Shown piece after piece: positions 1 to 11,000 of a DNA stretch of 64,000 nucleotides. The notes beneath the pieces are model-generated. The model did not search any database. It saw nothing but the letters and a program-made list of their open reading frames with translations, and had not been told where the DNA came from. The stretch comes from an uncultured Gammaproteobacteria bacterium. Lineage in GTDB: Bacteria > Patescibacteriota > Microgenomatia > JALYQM01. The stretch is taken from positions 12,599-76,598 of the forward strand of contig CAZGHS010000005.1 in the NCBI GenBank assembly GCA_964525495.1. The letters run 5' to 3'. How positions within the stretch are numbered: the stretch's first letter is position 1; each line of letters starts with the position of its first letter. Both the position numbers and the translations under genes were made by a program.

Positions 1-1
1 T

Positions 2-349
2 ATGTTCACTCAATTGGCAACAGTTACAGACATTACAGGAGACAGTATTATAGAAACGCAGGAAACGACACAGAGACAAGAATTATTCATTACTGAGCCA
101 AGTGCCGATGAATTATACAGTTTTTATACAGGACAAATTTTAAGCATCATTTTTAAACAAACGGCCTACGAATTCGAATTAGCACGCCATGCGTCGCGTA
201 TTAAAACTCTTGAAGAATCTCTACAGCACGCCGAAAATAACAAAAAAAACCAAGAAAAACTACTTAATCGCATTATGAAATTAGAGCAAGACAAGAAACA
301 ACAAAGCAAACTATCATATATATGGGCAAAAAAAAGATATGAACAATAA
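2..349 (+). CDS. atpG: F0F1 ATP synthase gamma subunit, C-terminal part (5' truncated by window), divergent
   Basis: Lies directly upstream of atpD. FITEPS..ELY and ELARHASRIKTLEES resemble the gamma C-terminal FEP...E.ASRM.AM helix. Confidence 0.8.
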   Translation: MFTQLATVTDITGDSIIETQETTQRQELFITEPSADELYSFYTGQILSIIFKQTAYEFELARHASRIKTLEESLQHAENNKKNQEKLLNRIMKLEQDKKQQSKLSYIWAKKRYEQ

Positions 350-1691
350 GGGAAAAATCATCACGATATCCGGGCAAGTAGTGGAAGTGGAGTTTTTAGA
401 AGAAAAACCACAAATCCATGAATTACTGTACGTAGAAAATATTCCCGAAGCTCGTTTAGAGGTAATCGAATCTTCACAAAACAACATATTATTTTGCCTA
501 TGTTTATCCAGTCAAGAATTACTGTATAGAGGAGCCTCTGTAACACCACTTAACACCTCCCTCAGTATTCCAGTTGGTGAGGAAGTACTGGGAAGAGCAA
601 TAAATATATTCGGGCAACCCTTAGATAATAAAGGTGAGATAACAGCCTATCGTGTACAACCCATTCACACTGTAAACATAAACGTAAAGAAAGTAGCAAT
701 CCCCAATAGAGTTATGCAGACAGGTATTAAAGCCGTAGATTTCTTCTGCCCTATTCTACTTGGTGGAAAAATTGGTATTGTCGGAGGTGCAGGTGTCGGA
801 AAAACTACTATTTTGACTGAAATTATCAATAATATAGTTATCCAAGGTCAAGAGAAGTCAGTTTCTGTATTTGCCGGGGTGGGAGAACGTTTAAGAGAAT
901 GTCACGAGCTATATGAAACATTCCAAGACGCAAAAGTATTACCGTCTGTGGCACTAATATTTGGAACAATGGGAGAAAACCCCGCAGTTCGCTTGCGTAC
1001 CGCCGCTGCTGGAGTGAAAATAGCCGAATTCTTCAGAGACACAGGCTGGAAAAACATCCTATTCTTTATCGATAACGTCTTCCGTTTCGCACAGGCAGGG
1101 TATGAGTTATCCACGTTAACCAATAATATCCCATCAGAAGGAGGATATCAGGCTACTCTCAATTCTGAATTAGCACACTTACATGAGCGCTTGTATTCAC
1201 AAGATAACTCGTGGATTACTTCGATGGAAGCAGTCTACGTACCAGCCGACGACCAGCTCGATTATGCGGTGCAGGCAATATATCCATATCTTGATTCAGT
1301 AGTTTTACTATCCCGCAACGTCTACCAGGAAGGTCGTTTCCCTGCTATAGACGTATTAAACTCAGCTTCAAGTGCTGTTAAACCTGAAATCATTGGCGAG
1401 TATCATTACATGATCCTACTCGAAGCACAACAGCTTCTCAAAGAAACCGCTACGATTGAGCGTATCGTGTCGCTCGTGGGCGAAGCCGAGTTAAGCAAAG
1501 AAAAGCGAATTACCTACAGACGTGGTCAAACGTTAAAAAATTATATGACACAAGACTTCCATGTCATTGAAAATCAAACGGGGCGAAAAGGAGTGTCTGT
1601 TCCTCTCGAAGAAACAATCGAAGTTGTAAGAGAAATTTTAAATGGAAAATACGATAATAAAGACCCAAATGAAATGCTATACAAACAATGA
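339..1691 (+). CDS. atpD: F0F1 ATP synthase beta subunit
   Basis: Walker A GGAGVGKT, SVFAGVGERLRE, LFFIDNVFRFAQAG, AVYVPADD. Confidence 0.97.
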   Translation: MNNKGKIITISGQVVEVEFLEEKPQIHELLYVENIPEARLEVIESSQNNILFCLCLSSQELLYRGASVTPLNTSLSIPVGEEVLGRAINIFGQPLDNKGEITAYRVQPIHTVNINVKKVAIPNRVMQTGIKAVDFFCPILLGGKIGIVGGAGVGKTTILTEIINNIVIQGQEKSVSVFAGVGERLRECHELYETFQDAKVLPSVALIFGTMGENPAVRLRTAAAGVKIAEFFRDTGWKNILFFIDNVFRFAQAGYELSTLTNNIPSEGGYQATLNSELAHLHERLYSQDNSWITSMEAVYVPADDQLDYAVQAIYPYLDSVVLLSRNVYQEGRFPAIDVLNSASSAVKPEIIGEYHYMILLEAQQLLKETATIERIVSLVGEAELSKEKRITYRRGQTLKNYMTQDFHVIENQTGRKGVSVPLEETIEVVREILNGKYDNKDPNEMLYKQ

Positions 1692-1972
1692 GCAACGAAC
1701 AAAACAAAATAAAAGTAACTATCCGCACTCCAGAAGGAGTAATTTTTGACGAAGAATGTGCCTCTGTATCCTCGCGCAATATTTTAGGCAATTTCGATAT
1801 TCTTCCATTTCACACCAATTTCATTACACACATCAACGATAATCTCACTATACGAACCCTAGATAATAATGCTAAAATAATTCCAGTTCAAATTGGAGTA
1901 GTTCGTGTAAAACGAAATATTATGGATGTATACATAATCCTTTCTCCCATTCTTCATCCATCAGATAAATAA
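1688..1972 (+). CDS. atpC: F0F1 ATP synthase epsilon subunit, N-terminal beta-sandwich only
   Basis: Follows atpD with an ATGA overlap. IRTPEG and GNFDILPFHTNFIT match the epsilon N-domain; 94 aa with no C-terminal helices. Confidence 0.85.
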   Translation: MSNEQNKIKVTIRTPEGVIFDEECASVSSRNILGNFDILPFHTNFITHINDNLTIRTLDNNAKIIPVQIGVVRVKRNIMDVYIILSPILHPSDK

Positions 1973-2062
1973 TTTTTCAGCTTTTTTTAATTTCATTCCT
2001 TGAAAATTTCAGGCAAATGTTCATACTAGAATATACGGGGTTTTAGGCCTTCGGCTTTTGGT

Positions 2063-5000
2063 ATGAAAATGAAAAAATTACATATAGGAATACTTGTCAC
2101 TGTCTTGGTTGTGCTTATTGGGGTTCCGGTAACGGTTTCCGTCGGCGTGGCAGGATTAAACAAAGTAAACAAGCTAGCAAGTTCAAAAACTGCTAAATCA
2201 ACAACAGGTTTAGAAGCAGTTCCTCTCAATGGCCAAGTACTACAAGCAGCAACTGAGGCAACAGGTGCAAGCGTCATAAACTTTAATGCGCCAGCTATCT
2301 TTAACGAACCAACCAGATTCAATGCAGATATCGATGCAAGTGATAACAATCTCACATTGGGTGAAGGAGAATTAACAGCATCAAACGTAATTTACTCAAT
2401 TCAAGGCATCAATGGTATTACCGTAACAGGTGGACAAAATGCAGTAATATCCTTTACGGGTTTAACTGGAATTCTTGCGGGCGACGGAATAGAGCTCACA
2501 ACAGGCTCAACACCAACATTAACCAACACAGGTGTCACGTCGTTTCAGGGCGAGTCCGGAGCTATCACACTAGATGAAGGAGACGGGATCGAAATAAGTG
2601 GAACAGAAATTTCAAACGATGACCCCGGTACTGCTCAAGACATTTTCAAAATAATTGCAGTATCTGGACAAAATGATATTGAAGCTGACGAAAACAATGA
2701 CACATTAACATTCGTGGCTGGATCAAACATTACCCTCACAACAAATGACTCTGGTGACGCTCTAACAATTTCTTCTGCCGCAAGTGCTGTTAGCGGCTGG
2801 GAAGATGACGGCACTGATGTTAGGCTCTCAACTATCACAGATAATGTTGGTATCGGAACTGCAACGCCCGGTTCCAAGTTGCATGTAGTTGGTACGACAA
2901 CCATTTCATCTACCTTAACTCTGGGTGGAAGCATGGTTTTAGGAAGCGATACCGTCAATGATTTAACGGGGGACGGCCTTGCAGTGAGCGGCAGCGCATT
3001 AACTGTTAATTTAACAACATCAGGCAGCGCTGGTTCTACATCGTCAAATTCGGGATTAGAGGTCTCTACAGCTGGATTAACCATGATTAAAGGCTGTGCA
3101 GATGGAGAGCTTCTCAAGTGGGACAATACCGCAAATCTATGGGAATGTGCAACTGATGATGGTGGAACAACAGGCATAATCAATGTACAGGAAGGCGACG
3201 TAACCGTAAGTGCAAGTGCAGGTACGTTAGATTTCCTTGGAAATGATTTTGCATTAACAGAATCACCTGCCGGCGAGATCAACGTTGCCATTGATTACAC
3301 AAACTCAAATATTACCCGCACAAATCAAAATGAAACCATCACAGGGACTTGGACATTTAGTAATGTAATTACGGCAAATGGCGGATTGACTATTGCGGGA
3401 GGTCAATCATTAACGCTGGGCAGTGACGCGGTAACTGACCTTACAGGAACAGGCATAACAGTTTCAGGAGGCTCACTACAAACAACTTTAGGCACATCAG
3501 TTGACTTAGCTTCTGCAGAAGTAACGGGCACGCTCCCTGTTGGAAATGGCGGTACAGGTGCTACTTCGTATACTGCAGGATCAGTAGTATTTTCGAATGG
3601 AACTATTCTCACACAAGATAATACAAATTTATTTTGGGACGATACAAACAACCGTCTTGGTATAGGAGATAACTCGCCAAACTCTGCTTTAACAATTGGT
3701 GCAAGTGATGCCTTCCAAGTCAACTCATCCGGAGCAGTCGCAGCCGCAACAGGCATTTCTTCCTCAGGTAATTTAAACTTTACTGGATCAGGCACATACA
3801 CGCTTGCAAACATTGCGAGCGGGGCGTCCTTTAGCGGAAGCAGAATAGTTGGAGTATCTCAAACAGGTGTGTTAACCACCGTGGCTGATGGAAGTGACGA
3901 TCAAGTATTAACAACTGACGGCGCAGGCGTATATACCTGGAAAGACATTGGTTCAATCCTTGAACCGACAAATGCCTTTATTAACAACGGAAATTCATTT
4001 GCTGCTTCTGCGACATTAGGTACAAACGATACAAATAGTTTAGCACTTGAGACAGACGGGACGACTCGAATTACAATTCTCGCCACTGGCAATACAGGTA
4101 TCGGCGATGCATCTCCCGCGTCATTGTTTACAGTAGGCTCAGGAGATTTATTTCAAGTAAACTCATCAGGAGCAATCGCAGCAGCAACAGGAGTAACCTC
4201 ATCTGGAACGATTACATTTACGGGATTAGGCTCTGGTTCTGGGTCAACACTATGTATAGACGGGTCAAATCAGGTTGTAACCTGTGCAGTCTCTCCAGGA
4301 GATATAACAGCAGTGGGAGATATTACGTCTGGCGCAGCATTCGACGGTACTCAAGGCAATACATTGTATTTCGAAGGAACATCAATAGATGCGAACGAAA
4401 TTGCACTATCAGGTGCTGATGCAACGGTAGATCGGACAATTACACTTCCAGATCTTTCAGGCACAGTTGCTCTCTTAGAAAATTCACAAACATTTTCTGG
4501 AGCTAAAACATTTACTGCTGCCATGACAATTGACGGAAATTTAGCCATCAATAGCTCAAGTACAACTATCGGTGACTCTGGCTCTGACAGCTTAACAATC
4601 AATGCGACAATCTTAGTTGGTTCACCATTAGTATTCGAAGGTTCGACGGCTGACGGCAACGAGACAACCCTAACAGTAACTGACCCCACTGCAGATCGAA
4701 CTATTACTATTCCAGACCTAACAGGTACCGTTGCACTGCTTGAAAATGCACAAACATTCTCTGGAGCGAAAACCTTCAGCGCTGGACTCATCGTTTCTGC
4801 AAGTGGAGCATCAATAACAGGAGGAATAGATAATAACTCTGGAGGCATCACAGAGGCAGGAGCAATATCCGGAGTTACTACTTTGTCAGCATCTTCTACA
4901 GTAACGCTCACTGGTTTAGGTTCAGGGACCGGATCCTATTTGTGCTTGGACGGGTCAAACAATGTAGTTACATGTTCTGGAACAACGGGAGATATAACCG

Positions 5001-8000
5001 CAGTCGGTGATGTAACATCAGGCGCTGCATTTACGCAGACAGCAGGAAATGACGGAAACAATATATATTTTGAAGGATCAAGTGCTGACGGAAACGAAAT
5101 AGCCTTAACAGCAGCAGATCCAGGATCTGACTTAACGGTTACATTACCAGCGATCACGGGAACGTTAGCTTCTCTCGCAGGATCACAAACATTTACAGGA
5201 GCAAAAACATTCAATGCTACAACCACATTTGACGGTGCAATCGCTGCCAATACAGATATAGATCTCACATTTGCAGCGGCAGAAAACATGACTCTCACAA
5301 ACTCTTCTGCTTCTACAGATCAATTATCATTATCTATCACCGGTGTTACGACAGACGGAGTTGACGCGTTTGCAATTGCTTATACTCAAGCAGACGACGC
5401 TGATTCAACAGACACAAATAGTGCAGTAAATATAGCGTTAACATCATCCTCAGGCGATGCTGATGCCCTATACGGCCTCCAGTTTGCAGACTTTACCAGT
5501 GGCTCTGCAACTGAAACAGCGCTCCGATTCGGAACGGGTTTTGACAATATCCTCGAAATCGAAGGATCTACAGCAGATGCAAACGAAACATTTCTTACAT
5601 TCACAGACCCAACGTCAGATCGCACAGTTACATTCCCAGATGCATCAGGAACAGTGTGTTTGACATCTGGTAACTGTGCAGGTGTCGGTGGGGTAGGAAC
5701 AATTACAGCAGTCGGTGACATCACATCAGGGGCGGCTTTTACGCAGACCGCAGGCAACGATGGGAACAATATATACTTCGAAGGTTCAAGTGCTGACGGA
5801 AACGAAATAGCGTTAACAGCAGCAGATCCAGGGTCTGACTTAACGGTTACACTACCAGCAATAACAGGAACACTCGCGTCTTTGGCAGGTACTCAAACAT
5901 TTACAGGCGCAAAAACATTCAACGCAACAACTACATTCGACGGTGCCATAGCAGCTAATACAGATATAGACCTAACCTTTGCTGCTGCAGAGAATATGAC
6001 GTTAACAAATACGTCCGCCTCCTCAGATCAACTCTCCCTTTCAGTGACAGGAGTAACCACCGATGGTGTCGATGCCTTTGCAATTGCCTATACTCAGGCC
6101 GACGACGCTGATTCTACAGATACCAACAGTGCAATCAACATTGCTCTAACATCTTCATCGGGAGACGCCGACGTTTTCTATGGACTTCAGTTTGCAGATT
6201 TTACAGCAGGAACAGCAACTGAAACAGCGTTCAGAATCGGAACCGGATTCGATAATGTTTTAGAAATCGAAGGCAGCACGGCAGATGGCAATGAAACCTC
6301 CGTAGCGTTTGCTGACCCTACAGCCGATCGAACGGTCACATTCCCGGATTCATCTGGTACAGTTTGTCTCTCATCGGGAAACTGCGCTGGCGGCGCAGGA
6401 GGATCAAAATGGACAGATAGTGGAACGCTAACATATCTAACTGACTCAACTGACAGCATAACAATTGGTTCGACATCTGAATTGGCAAAATTAGCTGTCG
6501 ATGGCGACGCAGACGAAATTCAACTATTGATCCAAGGTAACGGCACCCAAACGTCAAGCCTATTAGTACTCGAAACCTCCGCTGGAACAGATCAATTAAC
6601 AGTATCGAATGCCGGAGCATTAGGGTTAGAAGGTGCAATCTCAGATATTACTGGTGCTACAGTTGAAATAAACGACGATCTTCAAGTAACTGGCAACGAC
6701 ATCTTAGATTCTGGTTCAACATCCCGAGTCACACTTGGATCTAATACTATATTAACAAACACAACAACAACGTTATCTGGAACAACAACGCTTACCGCAA
6801 GTTCGCTTGCAACACTTACTACAGCAGCCACACTAGATATGACTGCAACAACAACGCTAAACTGTACAGATTGTATTAACTTTGACGACCTATCAGATTC
6901 GCTATCACTTGATGCAGGTACAACAATAGCCTTAGGGACTAATACATTAACGCTTAACGCAAGCGGTACAGGGGATGTAATATTCCAGGACAATGGAACA
7001 CCGGTCTTGACTTTCAACGACTCAGGCAATACTGTCTGGTCACTTCCAGCAGGAAACAATATACAAATTGACGGAGCCACAGCAGATTCAACTACAACTA
7101 CCGGCGTTGTTGATGTCGACGTAGATTCCGCAACAGACAATAACATCGGTATGTCGATTGATTATCAAGATACAAATACCGGAGCTTCACAAACAAAATA
7201 CGCCCTGAGAACAGATATAACCATTGATACAAATGGAACCGGTAACGACACGGTGTATGGAAACTACATCTCATTTACTCAGGACGACGCGGCAGCCACC
7301 GCATATGGCTTATATGTAACAGGTGAGGATCGCAACTATTTCTCGGGAAATGTTGGAATCGGAGACAGCTCACCTACAGCTGCATTAACAGTAGGTTCGG
7401 GTGATGCATTCCAAGTAAACTCATCAGGTGCTGTTGCAGCTGCAACAGGGATAACTTCTTCAGGAACAATTACATTCTCAGGGTTGGGCACCGGTGTAGT
7501 GCAGTCCAACGGCTCAGGAGTTCTTTCCTCTGGTGCGCTTGATCTAGCAGGAGGCGCAAGCTATATAACTGGTGTCCTTCCTCTTGGAAATGGTGGCACT
7601 GGATTCTCTACGTATACTCAGGGAGACTTATTATATGCATCTGCAGCAAATACACTTTCAAAACTAGCTGTCGGTGGAAACACTACTGTCTTAACAGTAG
7701 CAGGAGGAGTACCTACATGGGCTACTGCTACTGTCGCGTTTAATAACATTTCAGGCGGAACCAATACAACTGCGGCAATGGTTGTCGGAACAGGATCATC
7801 CCTTAACTTTACAGGCTCAGGAACAATTAATGCCTCTACTCTATTGGGATCAACATGGGCGTCTCCAGGGACAATCGGATCAACTGCACCAAATACTGGT
7901 GCATTCACTTCACTTACAACATCAGGAAATACATCACTAACTACCGGAGCTGGCAACGACACAACAATTGGCAACGCCACCGGGACTTTCGAGTTAGTTT

Positions 8001-11000
8001 CGGACGCATTAGATATTTCAACAACAGGCGCGCTTTCAGGTGCAACGGGCTTATCGTCCTCTGGAAATCTGACCTTCACAGGTTCTGGAACATATACGCT
8101 CGCAAACATTGCGTCTGGTGCGTCTTTCTCAAACAATCGACTTGTCCAAACAACAAGTGCAGGTGTGCTTTCAACCATCCCAGATGGAAGCACTCCAAAC
8201 CAGGTACTAATCACCGACAGCAATGGCAATTTCTCTTGGACAAGCGCAGCTGGGGTTATTGCTCCAGACTCACTAGATTTCACAGAATTCAGTGACTCGA
8301 TGTCTCTCGATGCTTCAACTTCAATTGCTTTTGACGCTGCAGAAGTACTTACGCTAAACGCAGCAACTGTGGATACCACCACCACAGGCGGTGTACTAGA
8401 CATGAATATTGATGCAGGGAACGCAGCAGTGATTGGATTAAATGTAGACTTTGCGCAATCCAACGGTGCAACAGCAGCAACAGACGCAGTCGCACAAAGG
8501 CTTACATTATCCGCAAATGATGCTGACGGCGACATGTTTGGATTACAAATAGTAGGAGCTGCAACAACGAACGCAGCTGCAGGAAGTTACGAGGCAGCCC
8601 TCTCAATAGACAATGTTGAAGATACTGTGGCATCCATGACCGACGCAATCCTCATAACATCATCAGGAGTAAATAATGGTGTAACAGACGCCATCGATAT
8701 ATCCGCAGCAAACATTAACAACGCTATTAATGCAGGTGCAAATTTCATACTTATGGATGGAATTCGCATATTCGAAGGTACAACAGGCACCATAACAATC
8801 GAAGATACTGCAGGTAACGACCTCATGACTATCGCTGATGGCGGAACAGTCGGTAATGCATCCATAACAGGCACGCTTGCTGTGTTAGGATCTACGATTG
8901 GACTCGACAGTGATGCTGATGCAGATAATTTGATAGGAACAGCAGCAGCAGGTGGCGCTGCAGCTTCAAATCTTTATTGGGGGAATAGGCTTCTCTGTGA
9001 TGCCACACAAGTAAACTGTGGATGGTCCGCAGTAGGTGGCAATGCTCCATGGACGACAACATCAAATGTGGTAAATCTTAATACTGCAACAGATAACGTA
9101 ACTGTAGGATCTGCAACAAATTTAGCAAAACTCGCAGTTGATGGCGACACAGACGAAATACAGTTACTAATCCAAGGCAACGGAACACAGACGGCAAATC
9201 TTGTAGTATTCGAAACATCAGCAGGGACGGATCAACTGACGCTATCAAACGCGGGTGCCTTAGCAATCGAAGGTGCAATTTCCGACATAAGTGGGACAGT
9301 TTTAGAAGTTAACGACGATCTGAAAGTAACAGGCAACGATATTATCGACTCAGGTGACGTAACACGAATATCATTAGGAGCAACCACAACACTTACTAAT
9401 TCCGCTACGACACTATCTGGAACAACGACCCTTACGGCTACCTCATTGGCCACGTTTTCTACAGCTGCAACACTCGACATGACATCTACAACAACACTTA
9501 ACTGTACTGACTGTGTTAATTTCGACGACATGTCGGACTCCCTTGCACTCGACGCGTCAACCTCAATAGCCTTCGATGCCGCTGAAGTATTAACACTCGA
9601 TGCAGCATCAACAGATACTACTACTACTGGTGGCGTGCTAGACTTCAACATTGACGCAGGCAATGCGGCTGTCCTAGGTTTGAATATCGATTTTGCTCAG
9701 TCCAACGGTGCAACAGCAGCAACAGACGCAGTAGCACAAAGGCTAACCTTATCAGCAAATGACGCAGACGGAGACATGTTTGGTTTACAAATCATCGGCG
9801 CCGCAACAGCAAATGCTGCAGCTGGTTCTTACGAAGCTGCAATATCGATAGATAATGCTGAAGACACTGCAGCTTCCATGACAGATGCAATTTTAATCAC
9901 CTCATCAGGCGTAAATAATGGTGTAACCGACGCGATAGATGTCTCTGCTGCAAACATAAACAACGCAATCAACGTAGGTGCAAACTTCATATCAATGGAC
10001 GGGGTGAGAATGTTTGAAGGTTCAACGGGAACACTTACTTTTGAAGACACGTCCGGAAATGATTTAATGACGATTGTTGATAATGGCACAAATGGAAATG
10101 TAACGATCACAAACAATCTCTCAGTAACAGGCACAATCACTGCTAACACAGATGAAACAATCAATGGACTAGATATCAACGCAGGTGCAATATCTGACGC
10201 AACGAGCCTAGCTATCTCTTCAGCAGCAAGCACGGCAATTGCACTAACCAGAAGTTCGGCTGGACAATGGATGTCTTTCAATGACGGCACAGATGCCTGG
10301 GGTTTATATAACACAGCTGGCTCGCCGGAAGGAGTGCTCGCAGCCAATACAGGTGCACTTTCAATGGATACCACTAACGGCACTTTGTATGTCAAAACTG
10401 ACGATGGTGACAATACTGGCTGGGTAAATCTCGCAACCGGAGGAAGTTCTCCATGGCAAACAACATCTAACGTTACCAATCAAGTCACTTCAACAGACGA
10501 TGTGACAGTCGGCTCAGCTGTTGATTTAGCAAAACTGGGTGTCGATGGAGATTCAGACGAAATTCAATTCTTAGTACAAGGCAACGGAACACAAACAGCT
10601 GGCTTACTAGTATTAGAAACCTCAGCAGGAACAGATCAATTTACGGTATCTAATGCTGGTGCAGTGGGTATCGAAGGAGCAATCTCAGATATTACCGGAA
10701 CAGTTGTTGAAGTAAATGATGATTTGAAAGTAACAGGCAACGACATCATTGATTCAGGTGACACAACACGTATTTCACTTGGCGCAACAACAACCTTAAC
10801 AAATACAACAACAACGCTATCAGGCACAACAACCTTGACTGCATCATCTTTAGCAACTCTGACAACTGCGGCAACGCTTAGTATGGCTTCAACAACAACA
10901 TTAAACTGTGGTGATTGTATCGACTTTGATGATATGAAAGACTCGCTATCAATAGATGCTGCAACAGATATTAACCTTGGAGCTAACGCGCTTACAATCG

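Noticed and set aside
2-1972. N-ATPase operon
   Set aside because: The order gamma-beta-epsilon is canonical F-type, and no atpQ/atpR follows atpC.
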